A stretch of DNA of 64,000 nucleotides from Escherichia phage vB_EcoM_UP17. Of this stretch, positions 29,586-39,136 are shown piece by piece. Numbering within the stretch: the stretch's first letter is position 1; each line of letters opens with the position of its first letter. The translations under genes were made by a program, and so were the position numbers. The DNA lies in sequence record LR746137. One strand, written 5' to 3'. Below the pieces are notes generated by a model. That model was given only the letters and a program-made list of their open reading frames with translations, made no database searches and was not told the DNA's origin.

Positions 29586-30932
29586 TTATCGTTTGGAGAG
29601 GAATTGTCTTCCCATGATCTTACCGTTCTTTACAGCGGTCCCATCGTGTCCATTATAATCCCAAGTTCCATCAATGTTACGCAAGAAGCTATCACGAACA
29701 GTGTAGGCTTTACCGTTCTCTACTTTACTTTCTTCCACAATGATTGCCATAACAAGCTTATTTTCAATTTCGGTAGTAACCGATTCTTTAATACCTTCTG
29801 TAACTTCACGATCATATTGGATATAAACTCGCTCCTCGGTCACTTGCACGTCTACCACATTTTTAAATGTGTATGTCTGCTGTGTAGTGTAAAGGACACG
29901 AACAACACTCTTCTTACCTACTGGCGGCTTCTGACGACGCTTGCGGTAACGTGGAGACGGGTTAAGTTCAATATAACCTACAATATCTGATCCATCTCCA
30001 GAGTGGCTCCAATAAAACGTCTCTGCCAAACCTTTTCCTTGGTCCCCATTTCGAAAAAGAACATTAACAGGACCATCACAAGGGCGTCTACCTCCAATGT
30101 GGGCTTGGTATTTTGCTGTTCTTGGGAGAACAAAATATTCTTCAATCTGCCATTCACTATCGTATTTCTCCCATTCAAAGTGGTTGGCTTTGCATACTTC
30201 TAAAACACCATTTTTGTAACGGACTTGAACAAAGTCCTCACAAGGTTGAATACCTGTATTAGGAATATAGGTAGGCTCTGTGTCTTCTGGTTCAAAAGTC
30301 TCTTTTTGTTGTTCCACATCTTCCACTTTTCTTACATGCTTAGTATAAAACATATCTTTAAACTCCTGTGCTTCAACCTCAACTGCAAATTCATGTTCTC
30401 TGATAGCCGGAGGCACAAGGCTTCCACACTCAAGATGTAGAGCATCCAGACCTGCCATTTTATCGTAAAAGATAACTTTTCGATACTTCTTACCGTCTTC
30501 TGGAATAGCAGGGTCTACTCGTTTAAGACGGGAAGCATCGCTTTTAGTCCAAAAACTCTTCCCTGTCGTATTATTGAAAGTAGTAATCATTTCTCCAATT
30601 TCTTCTTCAGAAAGGTTACTAGTGTCTGTGTAAACATCTTCAATTTTTAGCATTTTAGTTTTCTTAAGAATTAAATCTAGCATTGCATCTCCTGTAAAAC
30701 GTAGCTCATTATCTCCTACTGTCGGCTCTCCAGAAAATTCATTGGTCCCGACTGTGTGACAGACGTATGGAAAATTTGTGCAACCGTGTAAAAGAGCATA
30801 TTGTCCTGTAAGTTGAGGATCTGTCTCTTTAGTCCAACCATATGCAATTTCAATAGCTTTGCAAAGCCTATCGAACAAGCCCCGATTGTTTGCCGCTGTT
30901 ACCAAATCTTGCTTATGTGTATATACATTCAT
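29586..30932 (-). CDS. Hypothetical protein
   Basis: 448 aa ORF. Confidence 0.5.
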   Translation of the reverse strand: MNVYTHKQDLVTAANNRGLFDRLCKAIEIAYGWTKETDPQLTGQYALLHGCTNFPYVCHTVGTNEFSGEPTVGDNELRFTGDAMLDLILKKTKMLKIEDVYTDTSNLSEEEIGEMITTFNNTTGKSFWTKSDASRLKRVDPAIPEDGKKYRKVIFYDKMAGLDALHLECGSLVPPAIREHEFAVEVEAQEFKDMFYTKHVRKVEDVEQQKETFEPEDTEPTYIPNTGIQPCEDFVQVRYKNGVLEVCKANHFEWEKYDSEWQIEEYFVLPRTAKYQAHIGGRRPCDGPVNVLFRNGDQGKGLAETFYWSHSGDGSDIVGYIELNPSPRYRKRRQKPPVGKKSVVRVLYTTQQTYTFKNVVDVQVTEERVYIQYDREVTEGIKESVTTEIENKLVMAIIVEESKVENGKAYTVRDSFLRNIDGTWDYNGHDGTAVKNGKIMGRQFLSKR

Positions 30933-31483
30933 AATAACCCTCCTCGTTTTATTGCAATAGATGCCCTAGGCTCTGCGATACCAGTGGCGTATAAATACGG
31001 ATGACCTTGTGGAGAAGTTCTCATCCCAAACGAACCTAATTCTAACCCATACATATCTTCCACGTCAAGACCAATATCTGTCTCTATGATTTGAGTTTGA
31101 ACTTTGTAATACGTCCAAAAGAAATAGCGCATAGTTTCGGCATATTCTTTGATGGATGCTCCTGGATAAAACTCAATAATCTCTAACTTCAAGAAAATGT
31201 TAAAATGAACATCATCTAACTCTTCCTCTGTTCGGTAGCAAGGTGTTAGAGCCATGTAAGGATGGTCTGTTGAAAATTCAAACCCATCCTTCTCCATCTG
31301 GAGGAAAGATTGTTCCGCACTTGCGACATAATATTTACCATTAGGATGCCCCAAGGGGCGATCCTCTTTACCTTCTGGTAATGTGTATGCAAGGATATCC
31401 GCATCTACAAGATAAGGGACTTCCAACATCTCTGCAAATCGCCCGTAGTAATCAATAGCTTGAGCAATAACAGCTACGTTCAT
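30929..31483 (-). CDS. Hypothetical protein
   Basis: 184 aa ORF. Confidence 0.5.
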   Translation of the reverse strand: MNVAVIAQAIDYYGRFAEMLEVPYLVDADILAYTLPEGKEDRPLGHPNGKYYVASAEQSFLQMEKDGFEFSTDHPYMALTPCYRTEEELDDVHFNIFLKLEIIEFYPGASIKEYAETMRYFFWTYYKVQTQIIETDIGLDVEDMYGLELGSFGMRTSPQGHPYLYATGIAEPRASIAIKRGGLL

Positions 31484-31731
31484 GATCTTCCTCCTGTGCG
31501 GAAAGCGCGTTTAGTAATGTTGGACATAATGATCAAATCTTGTAAAGTCATGTCTGGGAACTGTTGTTCTAAAACTCCTTCGACAGCACCTACAATATCT
31601 GATAATTCCACAAGTTGCATTATTTTGCAATCCTGTTCAACAGCATCAAAAAGTTCTTCTACTTCCTCTTTAATCTTTTCTATGCTGCCATAAGGTTGTT
31701 TCTTAATGTCTGTTATGTGATACCCTGCCAT
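31480..31731 (-). CDS. MazG-like nucleotide pyrophosphohydrolase (tentative)
   Basis: EEVEELFDAVEQ ... ELSDIVGAVEGV. Confidence 0.35.
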   Translation of the reverse strand: MAGYHITDIKKQPYGSIEKIKEEVEELFDAVEQDCKIMQLVELSDIVGAVEGVLEQQFPDMTLQDLIIMSNITKRAFRTGGRS

Positions 31732-33324
31732 TTAACGATCCTCTCTGATTTGATTAATCTTACGAGCAAGGGCAGCTATAAGCTTATCTTCTTCGGATAC
31801 AGGAGCCGTGCTCTTACCTAAACGATGCATGTCTAAAATCTCTTGAACAGTCCGGTTCCATTGAAGACATTTAATACAACGGGTATGTGCAACATACAGA
31901 AGATTTCGTTCTGATTCTTCAAGACCTACCCACTCACCCTTCTTATCATAGTTGGAAGGGAAGTCATTTGCAACAATAACCTGATCCCACTCCAAACCTT
32001 TTGATTTGTGGGCTGTAGTTAAAGTAACTTTAGCCGTTGGAGAGTTACGGTGCATACGTAAAGTGTATGCAATGTTATTAGCTTTACCAGAAACAACAAT
32101 GTTTAAAAGTCGTTTTGCATCAGGATCTGATTCTGCACACTCTACAAACTCTTCCCAAGAAGTGTAAGGTAGAACTGTCTCATGTTTAACTTTGTCCAAA
32201 TCACCTCTACGTAAAGCATTAACACTGTCAACCATAGAAATGAAATCTTTGGTATCTACGTTAATAATAATCTCTTCTCCGTTAGCGATTCGGTCCATAG
32301 CTTCGAGCAACAAAGTCAAATTCTTACGGAAAATAATGGTATAAGGTTTACTATAATCTACCACATCAGAATGAAAACTTCCAGTGACAGTATCATAACC
32401 TTTGCCTACCAACGGATGCTTCAGAGGTGAGCGATCAGAAAGGATCGCATTAGCAATATCCGCAACTTTAGGACCGAAACGGAAACAAGCTGTCAGAGGC
32501 AACTCAATACCATATGTAGCCGTTTGTTTCATCATATTCTGACTTCCACGGAACTGATAAATACTCTGAAATTCATCACCCACAACAACAATACGTTTAG
32601 CAGATTTAGCATTTCGAAGAATAGACAGAAATGCAGGGTTAACATCCTGGAATTCATCTCCGAAAATAATATCATACCCTAAATCTTCTTTACTTAACTC
32701 AAAGAGTTTCACATAAGTGTCATGAGTCATAATGGTTTCTGATTTAGGATCAATGCGCTCACGCCAAAGTTGCTTCGCATATTTAACAACTTCGTTAATA
32801 AGTTTTTGTTCGTTGATGTTTTTACGTTTAAGATCTGACATGTGCACTTTAGGAAAATGTTTATGTCCAATATGTTCATCGTCAGAAAACTCATATTTAG
32901 CTAAAGTTTGTTTTACCATTAACCCGATCATCGCACGAGTCAGTAGCACTTTACCATTTTTATCAATCAAGTTCTGAATTTTGAATTTCTTGGCAATCTC
33001 ACTGCCAGTTCCAGCTACGTTAACATATTGCCCTTCTGGTCGAGACAATTTGTGTCGAAGGTTTTGTGGAAGACGCTGGTAACAAATCGAATGTAGTGTT
33101 CGGCACATAACGTTAGGAGGCATTTTACGTCGAGCTTCCTCTGCCATACTTTTGTTAAATGCCAAGTATAGAATACTATCGTTTGTGCCATTAGCCAACA
33201 TATACAGTGTTGACGTTTTACCTGATCCAGATTTAGCTTGAATTGTAACGAAACGATTTTCTTTATACCCGCTTTCAATAGCATATTGTTCATCGGTAGG
33301 TGTAAAACTCAATTGTGTAGACAC
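31732..33324 (-). CDS. SF1 DNA helicase (UvrD/Dda-like)
   Basis: Walker A AKSGSGKTS, Walker B-like IIFGDEFQD, motif VI-like TAHKSKGLEWD. Confidence 0.6.
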   Translation of the reverse strand: MSTQLSFTPTDEQYAIESGYKENRFVTIQAKSGSGKTSTLYMLANGTNDSILYLAFNKSMAEEARRKMPPNVMCRTLHSICYQRLPQNLRHKLSRPEGQYVNVAGTGSEIAKKFKIQNLIDKNGKVLLTRAMIGLMVKQTLAKYEFSDDEHIGHKHFPKVHMSDLKRKNINEQKLINEVVKYAKQLWRERIDPKSETIMTHDTYVKLFELSKEDLGYDIIFGDEFQDVNPAFLSILRNAKSAKRIVVVGDEFQSIYQFRGSQNMMKQTATYGIELPLTACFRFGPKVADIANAILSDRSPLKHPLVGKGYDTVTGSFHSDVVDYSKPYTIIFRKNLTLLLEAMDRIANGEEIIINVDTKDFISMVDSVNALRRGDLDKVKHETVLPYTSWEEFVECAESDPDAKRLLNIVVSGKANNIAYTLRMHRNSPTAKVTLTTAHKSKGLEWDQVIVANDFPSNYDKKGEWVGLEESERNLLYVAHTRCIKCLQWNRTVQEILDMHRLGKSTAPVSEEDKLIAALARKINQIREDR

Positions 33325-33338
33325 GTATTTCTCCTCTC

Positions 33339-33854
33339 TTAATAAAAACTCTTGACAATCCTCATCATTTCCTTAGCTCTGCTGGCGTAAGGTTCTTTTA
33401 GATTAGGTGGCAAATGTGCATTAATGTATCCCATTTGTTTTTCCCATGTCCATTTATCTTTAAATCTTGGCATGGTGTCTCCTGCTAAACTGTTTTCTTT
33501 TCGTGTTTGAATAATCCAATTACATGGAAAATGCACACCACCTTTACGGAAGGGAATATAATGTCCCAATGTGAATGCCTTATTGTTCTTTAAACGTCCA
33601 GCTAAATTAAGATTAACAATAAGACTACGAAACACGTAGTATTGATAAAGATTGTCAACAGTATATACAGAGTAGTATGCTCTAAGTGCATTATCTCTAC
33701 TAAGATTACCAACATCCAAACTGCACCAGTTTAAATTACTTGGATCGTAGTTGTGATTATCAATCCATTCTTCTCTTTCCTCAAATTCTGCATTAACAGC
33801 AGATTGCCCTGCTGTAGATACAAAAAGAGAATTTGCATCAAAGAACATACTCAC
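33339..33854 (-). CDS. Hypothetical protein
   Basis: 171 aa ORF. Confidence 0.45.
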   Translation of the reverse strand: MSMFFDANSLFVSTAGQSAVNAEFEEREEWIDNHNYDPSNLNWCSLDVGNLSRDNALRAYYSVYTVDNLYQYYVFRSLIVNLNLAGRLKNNKAFTLGHYIPFRKGGVHFPCNWIIQTRKENSLAGDTMPRFKDKWTWEKQMGYINAHLPPNLKEPYASRAKEMMRIVKSFY

Positions 33855-33861
33855 TCCCCCT

Positions 33862-34272
33862 TTAGTTTACATCATTTAGAGCATTACCAATCTTTAAGAT
33901 AATAACATCGTTAAGAGCTTCTTCTCCATTAAGGCCAGAGAAAGCAGGAGTAACGAAAGTTACCATATAATAATGGTCTTCTTGTAGGATTGCGATAACG
34001 CCGTCTAGTTTAACATCTCCTGTGAAACGAAAAACTTTCAACTTTTGTTCTAAAGGAAGATCTCCTTCAACATTTAAAACCATATCTCCGACACCAAACT
34101 TTTCTGCCCCGATGTAGATGTAAGCTTGGTCCTCTTTTTTATGATAATACAATGTTGCTTGTTTGTCTTGTAGTGTTGTGATACCAAACACATCTACATC
34201 AATAATATTTTTCAAAAATTCTCCTCCCAAATCCAATAATTGTCTACATAAGTAGGATGCCTTTTGTCCCAC
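33862..34272 (-). CDS. Hypothetical protein
   Basis: 136 aa ORF; true start may be downstream. Confidence 0.4.
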   Translation of the reverse strand: MGQKASYLCRQLLDLGGEFLKNIIDVDVFGITTLQDKQATLYYHKKEDQAYIYIGAEKFGVGDMVLNVEGDLPLEQKLKVFRFTGDVKLDGVIAILQEDHYYMVTFVTPAFSGLNGEEALNDVIILKIGNALNDVN

Positions 34273-34580
34273 TCTTTTCTAGCCCAAGCCACGGCTGCTA
34301 CCAATACATCTCCATGACAAGGTTGAGGGGAGCAGAAGCAAACTAAATCTTTCCCTTCTAACTCTAATAAATCTTCAAGAGTGATCTTACCACAACGAAT
34401 TTGCTCCCACAACCACTCTTTATACCTTTGTATGGTTGATCCTCGTGGTTCATCATCTTTTAACTTAAAAGGGTTTGCAAACTTAGAGGCTTTTAGTCCC
34501 ATGTGTGGCATTGCTCTACCAATATAAACAGCACCTTCTGGAATTGTTTTGCCTAAATGGTAAAAGTTTAATACCTTCAT
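34212..34580 (-). CDS. Hypothetical protein with Cys/His motif
   Basis: CFCSPQPCHGDVL. Confidence 0.4.
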   Translation of the reverse strand: MKVLNFYHLGKTIPEGAVYIGRAMPHMGLKASKFANPFKLKDDEPRGSTIQRYKEWLWEQIRCGKITLEDLLELEGKDLVCFCSPQPCHGDVLVAAVAWARKEWDKRHPTYVDNYWIWEENF

Positions 34581-34581
34581 A

Positions 34582-34944
34582 TTAACCTAAACACATACGT
34601 GCGATCAGACCCTGGATGAGTTTATCTGCTTCTTCACGATCATAGTCGGTATCTTCTATACCACCATCTTCGTCACGATAAACTTTACCTTCCAAGTAGC
34701 CAGCATCGATCAAACCAATAATCAAATCGAACTGCCAGCAAGAGTTACCGAAAGGGCGTTTTCCACTGAAACTATCTTCTTCTTCCCAAAGTGTAGAGAG
34801 CAGTCGTCTGAAATATTCACGCACAGTAACAGTTCCAAGATCATCGTCTTCAAAAACAACATCTAAAGCATCTGGTTCAGCTTTCTCTACAACAGGCACA
34901 TAACGTTGACCATTAATAACAACATCTACAATCGTTTCTCTCAT
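34582..34944 (-). CDS. Hypothetical acidic protein
   Basis: 120 aa ORF. Confidence 0.45.
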   Translation of the reverse strand: MRETIVDVVINGQRYVPVVEKAEPDALDVVFEDDDLGTVTVREYFRRLLSTLWEEEDSFSGKRPFGNSCWQFDLIIGLIDAGYLEGKVYRDEDGGIEDTDYDREEADKLIQGLIARMCLG

Positions 34945-35303
34945 TTTTCCTCCTTCTTGTATTCTAAGAACATGTCAACTTCATAAGCTGTCCGTTCATC
35001 AAATTTACTAGGATCTACTAAAATAAAAAGTTGTTTGTTTATATCTTGAAACTCTTTTACTACAATGTAAAGGTGTTTCTTACACGAGAAGCCTGTTGCT
35101 TGATAAGCATCACCCCAATCATCCACACCTTTTAATGTTTCTACATACTTACATTTTATTTTATCTTTACCGTCTTGGTAAAGTGCTTCACCTCCGAACC
35201 ATGTGAAGAATTTAGTGCGATCTGCCCCAACCTTAAAGCCGTCACGAGCAAAAACACCAGTAGAGGCTAATAACAGCAAGGCAAACAGCACTTTTCTCAT
35301 CAC
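34941..35303 (-). CDS. Secreted protein
   Basis: Signal peptide MMRKVLFALLLLASTGVFA. Confidence 0.45.
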   Translation of the reverse strand: MMRKVLFALLLLASTGVFARDGFKVGADRTKFFTWFGGEALYQDGKDKIKCKYVETLKGVDDWGDAYQATGFSCKKHLYIVVKEFQDINKQLFILVDPSKFDERTAYEVDMFLEYKKEEK

Positions 35304-35608
35304 ATCTCCTCGTCGGACTTCAAGGCTTTAGAGAATACCACATTAAACATTTCACCGCAACCATTATTAACGTAATACATGATATAATTATCATCTTCGT
35401 CTACAGGCGCACGGTACTCAAGTTCATAACTGTATAGGTTAGAATTACTTGTGCAACCTTGTGGATACCAAAAATAAAGTTCATCACCGGATTCTACCCA
35501 TTTAAGACCCGTCCGATCTTCAAACACCAATGTAGAAGGATTTTCTGAATCTTTCACAGCTTCTTCGTAATACTGATGAACCGTAACTGCTAATGATAAT
35601 GTACTCAT
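35300..35608 (-). CDS. Hypothetical protein
   Basis: 102 aa ORF. Confidence 0.45.
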   Translation of the reverse strand: MSTLSLAVTVHQYYEEAVKDSENPSTLVFEDRTGLKWVESGDELYFWYPQGCTSNSNLYSYELEYRAPVDEDDNYIMYYVNNGCGEMFNVVFSKALKSDEEM

Positions 35609-35778
35609 ATAACCTCCTCATAGCCTTTGCAGACAACTAAACGCCAAGTCTTTTTATAGTGCTCTCGGATCTCAAGAGCAGCGTGATAAGATGGAATGTG
35701 TTGTGCTAAAAGCATCCATTCACAGTCCACACCCATACGTCCGTAAAGTGCATACTTGATTACTTTGTTTTTAGTCAC
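35605..35778 (-). CDS. Small ORF (57 aa, GTG start), not in ORF track
   Basis: GTG 35778 six nt after AGGAGA, TGA overlaps next ATG; hand-translated without stops. Confidence 0.3.
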   Translation of the reverse strand: MTKNKVIKYALYGRMGVDCEWMLLAQHIPSYHAALEIREHYKKTWRLVVCKGYEEVI

Positions 35779-35797
35779 AACACTTCTCCTTAGTTAA

Positions 35798-35995
35798 TTA
35801 AACTTTTTCCCAAGTACCAAAAGCACAGGAAGGATAGATCCCAACTTGAGGGTTTCCGTTATCATCTTTGAAAGTAAAACTGTTGTTGTCTTTATCAAGA
35901 ACTGTAGAATAAATCTTACCAACAGTAACGCAGTTGGAAGCTTGACCTAGTTCGGTAAGGGTAAGACATTTCATTTTCTGTTTCTTTGTAGCCAT
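35798..35995 (-). CDS. Hypothetical small protein
   Basis: 65 aa, SD AGGAGAT, promoter upstream. Confidence 0.45.
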   Translation of the reverse strand: MATKKQKMKCLTLTELGQASNCVTVGKIYSTVLDKDNNSFTFKDDNGNPQVGIYPSCAFGTWEKV

Positions 35996-36025
35996 TTATA
36001 AAATCTCCTTAGTAAGTGAATCTTT

Positions 36026-36055
36026 ATTCTACACAAAGAACTCTGCACATGTCAA
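36026..36055 (-). promoter_or_regulatory. Sigma70-like promoter
   Basis: Minus strand TTGACA, 18 nt spacer, TAGAAT. Confidence 0.45.
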
Positions 36056-36077
36056 GTAACTCTTTGTCAGATTAGTC

Positions 36078-36347
36078 TTAATGATTGGTGATGTTGATGA
36101 CAATCTTAGTTTCAACCTTAGCCCAACAGGAGTCTGCTTCATTAAAACGACTATTCACAATATATTCTCCTGCACGAGAACCTGTTAAGCACACTGCACC
36201 TGTATCTGTAGCCAAATAGTATTCCCGTTCTTGTTCATCTACTTCTGCAATGTAATAGTAGAAAACAGACATAGGTTCAATTTCAGCTAAACGGTATAAC
36301 TTTGGAACAGGGGATTTCTCGATAAACTCAACAGAAGTTTTACTCAT
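36078..36347 (-). CDS. Hypothetical protein
   Basis: 89 aa ORF. Confidence 0.45.
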   Translation of the reverse strand: MSKTSVEFIEKSPVPKLYRLAEIEPMSVFYYYIAEVDEQEREYYLATDTGAVCLTGSRAGEYIVNSRFNEADSCWAKVETKIVINITNH

Positions 36348-36580
36348 TTGTTTTCTCCTAGATCTAAACTAATTAAGAAGTCACGAAGGATGATCATTTG
36401 TTCTGTAGACAATGATAATACACCTTCTCCATAAATATCACCAGACCATTCAGCAGTTAGATCTAGTGTACCAGTACCAGGAAACCAATCAATAGTGATC
36501 TGATTACCATTAGAGTCAGGTAGTATTTCACTGACTAACATAACACACTCTCCTATTATTGTTCTTGATCTTACGATCAT
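36344..36580 (-). CDS. Hypothetical protein
   Basis: 78 aa ORF with long structured leader. Confidence 0.45.
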   Translation of the reverse strand: MIVRSRTIIGECVMLVSEILPDSNGNQITIDWFPGTGTLDLTAEWSGDIYGEGVLSLSTEQMIILRDFLISLDLGENK

Positions 36581-36710
36581 CTACCGATAAGAACAAGTAC
36601 TTAAATCTCTGTTCTTCGAACATCTAACGATAGAGATTAATCTATTACATAATCTATACTCGCTATCGCTCGACCCTTCGGGGTTAGGGTAGCATATTTT
36701 TTGAAAAAAG

Positions 36711-37067
36711 TCAACACTTATTTTTGGTAAGTAGATAAATCAATTGTTCACCTGCTTCTGGTGCATATAGTGCTTTAGTATCGAAGTCAAAGAAGTGAGT
36801 GACCCCTGTTACTTTGGATGCCTGAATAGATAATCGTGCAAGCTTAAGCAGATTATCCATTTCCGCAATCTTTGCACGAAACACCGCACGTGTAGCGTCA
36901 AAAGCTGCATGTGGCATGTATTTACGATTTAGACTACTACGTTTAAATTTACGATAATCTGCAATGATCCTGTTACGTTCTTTGTTCAAGTGCTTTACCA
37001 GTGCAGTATATACATGTGGTTCTTTGTTAGCCATTGTTAATCTCCTCTTCATATGTTGGTAGTGCAT
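36711..37067 (-). CDS. Hypothetical basic protein
   Basis: 118 aa ORF. Confidence 0.45.
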   Translation of the reverse strand: MHYQHMKRRLTMANKEPHVYTALVKHLNKERNRIIADYRKFKRSSLNRKYMPHAAFDATRAVFRAKIAEMDNLLKLARLSIQASKVTGVTHFFDFDTKALYAPEAGEQLIYLLTKNKC

Positions 37068-37239
37068 GGTATGCGATCACAGGTGCCAAGTCAAAATAAA
37101 AATGACCATTGATAACAGCTATCGTGCCATTGCGTGTTTTGTTAACTTCACAGAATCCCTTCTTGCCATTTGCCATGATTACAAGCCACTCTCCGATAGG
37201 AACATCCTCGGTACCAGATACTTTAATCCATCCACTCAC
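37027..37239 (-). CDS. Hypothetical protein
   Basis: 70 aa ORF. Confidence 0.4.
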   Translation of the reverse strand: MSGWIKVSGTEDVPIGEWLVIMANGKKGFCEVNKTRNGTIAVINGHFYFDLAPVIAYHALPTYEEEINNG

Positions 37240-37496
37240 TTTACCTCCCCTTTGTAATCGGACACTATACCAGGTCTTACTTTTGCCTTAAGATGTTTCA
37301 ACTCTGCCATAGGAGTTGCCACTTGTATAAGGTTAATAATTTCAACCTCGTAGATAGTATACTCATAACCCGCATACTTCCCGATGGAATGCAGGTACTT
37401 GATAGCATGTTCAGGTGAATCTGCTTCAACATACCCCAAATCTTTTGTAGTGCGGCCTTCACAGTCGCCTTCTGTAGTTACGTGATAAAGTGTCAT
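37236..37496 (-). CDS. Hypothetical protein
   Basis: 86 aa, SD GAGGAGG. Confidence 0.45.
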   Translation of the reverse strand: MTLYHVTTEGDCEGRTTKDLGYVEADSPEHAIKYLHSIGKYAGYEYTIYEVEIINLIQVATPMAELKHLKAKVRPGIVSDYKGEVK

Positions 37497-37642
37497 AAAA
37501 CCTCCTCATAGTAAGGTAAAGCCTTGATCAGTTGTTCTGAAGTGCCATTTTGCACCCACGTAACACCCTTGTCAAGAGAAACATACCCTTTCTTATTGAT
37601 AAATTTACGGAGACAACCAGTGAACTTGTTTTTGTAGATCAT
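37493..37642 (-). CDS. Small ORF (49 aa), not in ORF track
   Basis: ATGA overlaps at both ends; hand-translated without stops. Confidence 0.3.
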   Translation of the reverse strand: MIYKNKFTGCLRKFINKKGYVSLDKGVTWVQNGTSEQLIKALPYYEEVL

Positions 37643-38073
37643 TTCTTCTTTCCTTTCTTTAATTTGTTGTGACCTTTACCCTTATAAAGCTTGTGATTAC
37701 GAGCAGACGGGTTATTTTGGTTCTCCAGTCGGCTAACAGGTGTATTCCAAAGGTTTCCTGCTACAAAAGATGCTGCCACAAGTTCTTCCAGGTATACAAA
37801 ATCCAAAGCAGGTATCTTTGTTCCCCTCATCTCGCGTTCTACATTAGACAACACTCCTTCTTCCTTACTGTCTTCTTTTTCAATTACAGACCAACCCTCT
37901 TCCTGCCAAGCTTCCCCTCTGAACCAAGTTTCCATGTTACAACCTTGTTCGTCGAGAATAACACCATCTCGCATCTCAAACCATTCACCACCGCAAAAAT
38001 AGCTGTGTTCAACACGCCTACCTTCCTTCATTGCTTCTTTAGCTTCGGTCCAAGTCAGTTTGATGTTTTGCAT
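37639..38073 (-). CDS. Hypothetical protein, first gene of leftward arm
   Basis: 144 aa, SD GAGGAG. Confidence 0.5.
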   Translation of the reverse strand: MQNIKLTWTEAKEAMKEGRRVEHSYFCGGEWFEMRDGVILDEQGCNMETWFRGEAWQEEGWSVIEKEDSKEEGVLSNVEREMRGTKIPALDFVYLEELVAASFVAGNLWNTPVSRLENQNNPSARNHKLYKGKGHNKLKKGKKK

Positions 38074-38103
38074 TTATTTTCTCCTCTCGTTTTGTATGAG
38101 TTG

Positions 38104-38131
38104 ATCTTAACAGGACTAAAAAGCATGTCAA
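38104..38131 (-). promoter_or_regulatory. Leftward promoter of divergent pair
   Basis: Minus strand TTGACA (38131-38126), 16 nt spacer, TAAGAT. Confidence 0.45.
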
Positions 38132-38134
38132 TAC

Positions 38135-38163
38135 TTGATCTGAAATTATTTTCAGGTATCATA
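38135..38163 (+). promoter_or_regulatory. Rightward promoter of divergent pair with palindromic spacer
   Basis: TTGATC, spacer containing CTGAAATTATTTTCAG palindrome, then TATCAT/ATCATA. Confidence 0.45.
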
Positions 38164-38187
38164 TATGAATATTAACAAGAGAGGTAG

Positions 38188-38481
38188 ATGATGAACATTA
38201 CTTTAGCAACTAAGAATATTTCTGAAACAATTAACGGTTTTGGTGTTATTGTAGCCTTGCACGGTAACAACGAGAAATGGTTGGCTTCTTTTGAAGAGGA
38301 TCGTCAACACAACATCATTTTAGACGCTCCTATAAAAGTTATGCATATCCTTGGTGAAAACAAAGTGCTCACTTCCTCCCGTTCAAAGGAACAAATTACA
38401 AACGAACTAGTAAAACTGCTTGACAATGTTCTTAATATGTTTGATAATGCCCCCATCGACACAAAACGTGTCTTAATGTGA
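38188..38481 (+). CDS. Hypothetical protein
   Basis: 97 aa, SD GAGAGG. Confidence 0.5.
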   Translation: MMNITLATKNISETINGFGVIVALHGNNEKWLASFEEDRQHNIILDAPIKVMHILGENKVLTSSRSKEQITNELVKLLDNVLNMFDNAPIDTKRVLM

Positions 38482-38493
38482 GAGGAGAACCAA

Positions 38494-38781
38494 ATGTATT
38501 ATTCACAAAATGAAGTAGCAAACATTAAACTGGCAGTGGGCGATCTTATTGTGTCACCTAACTACTATTGGGATAACACAGATTTGGTTGAAGTAGTAAC
38601 CCATGTTGGAGTTGAAGGTATTGTGCTCTACACACTAGGTGGAGGTGTTGTTGGGGAAATGGAACGTTATACGACAACGAAGAAACTGGTAAGCTCTTAT
38701 CACATGTTTTTACACCAAGGTTCGGAAGAGTATACAGCTTTCTTGTTGAAATTAGATGCAGATCGGGAGAAGGCACGATGA
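38494..38781 (+). CDS. Hypothetical protein
   Basis: 95 aa, SD GAGGAG. Confidence 0.5.
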   Translation: MYYSQNEVANIKLAVGDLIVSPNYYWDNTDLVEVVTHVGVEGIVLYTLGGGVVGEMERYTTTKKLVSSYHMFLHQGSEEYTAFLLKLDADREKAR

Positions 38782-39134
38782 AAATTGTACACGATGAAAT
38801 TCAAATAGAAGAAAGTGACCTGATGGATTTGGATGCAGCTTTGGGGAAGGTAATCTATGCAGGAATTAAAGCCTTCCGTGAGAAGGCAAACAATAGCACG
38901 TTTGTCATGATCCCCACTAAACTGATGCGTGTTTTGTATCCAAATAGAAGTGCGCCGTATACAGATGAAGAAGAGGATACAGGTAGAAGAGAGTGGTTAA
39001 ATATTTTAGAAAAGATGGAGAATGCTTTTATTGATAGCGGTAATCCAGAAATCGTGTATGCTGAAGATCAAAGGAAGGCACGGTTAGAGGGCCGTCTTTT
39101 ATTCGCTAGTTATTTTGATAATCTTTGGAGCTAA
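38778..39134 (+). CDS. Hypothetical protein
   Basis: 118 aa, ATGA overlap with upstream gene. Confidence 0.5.
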   Translation: MKIVHDEIQIEESDLMDLDAALGKVIYAGIKAFREKANNSTFVMIPTKLMRVLYPNRSAPYTDEEEDTGRREWLNILEKMENAFIDSGNPEIVYAEDQRKARLEGRLLFASYFDNLWS

Positions 39135-39136
39135 AT

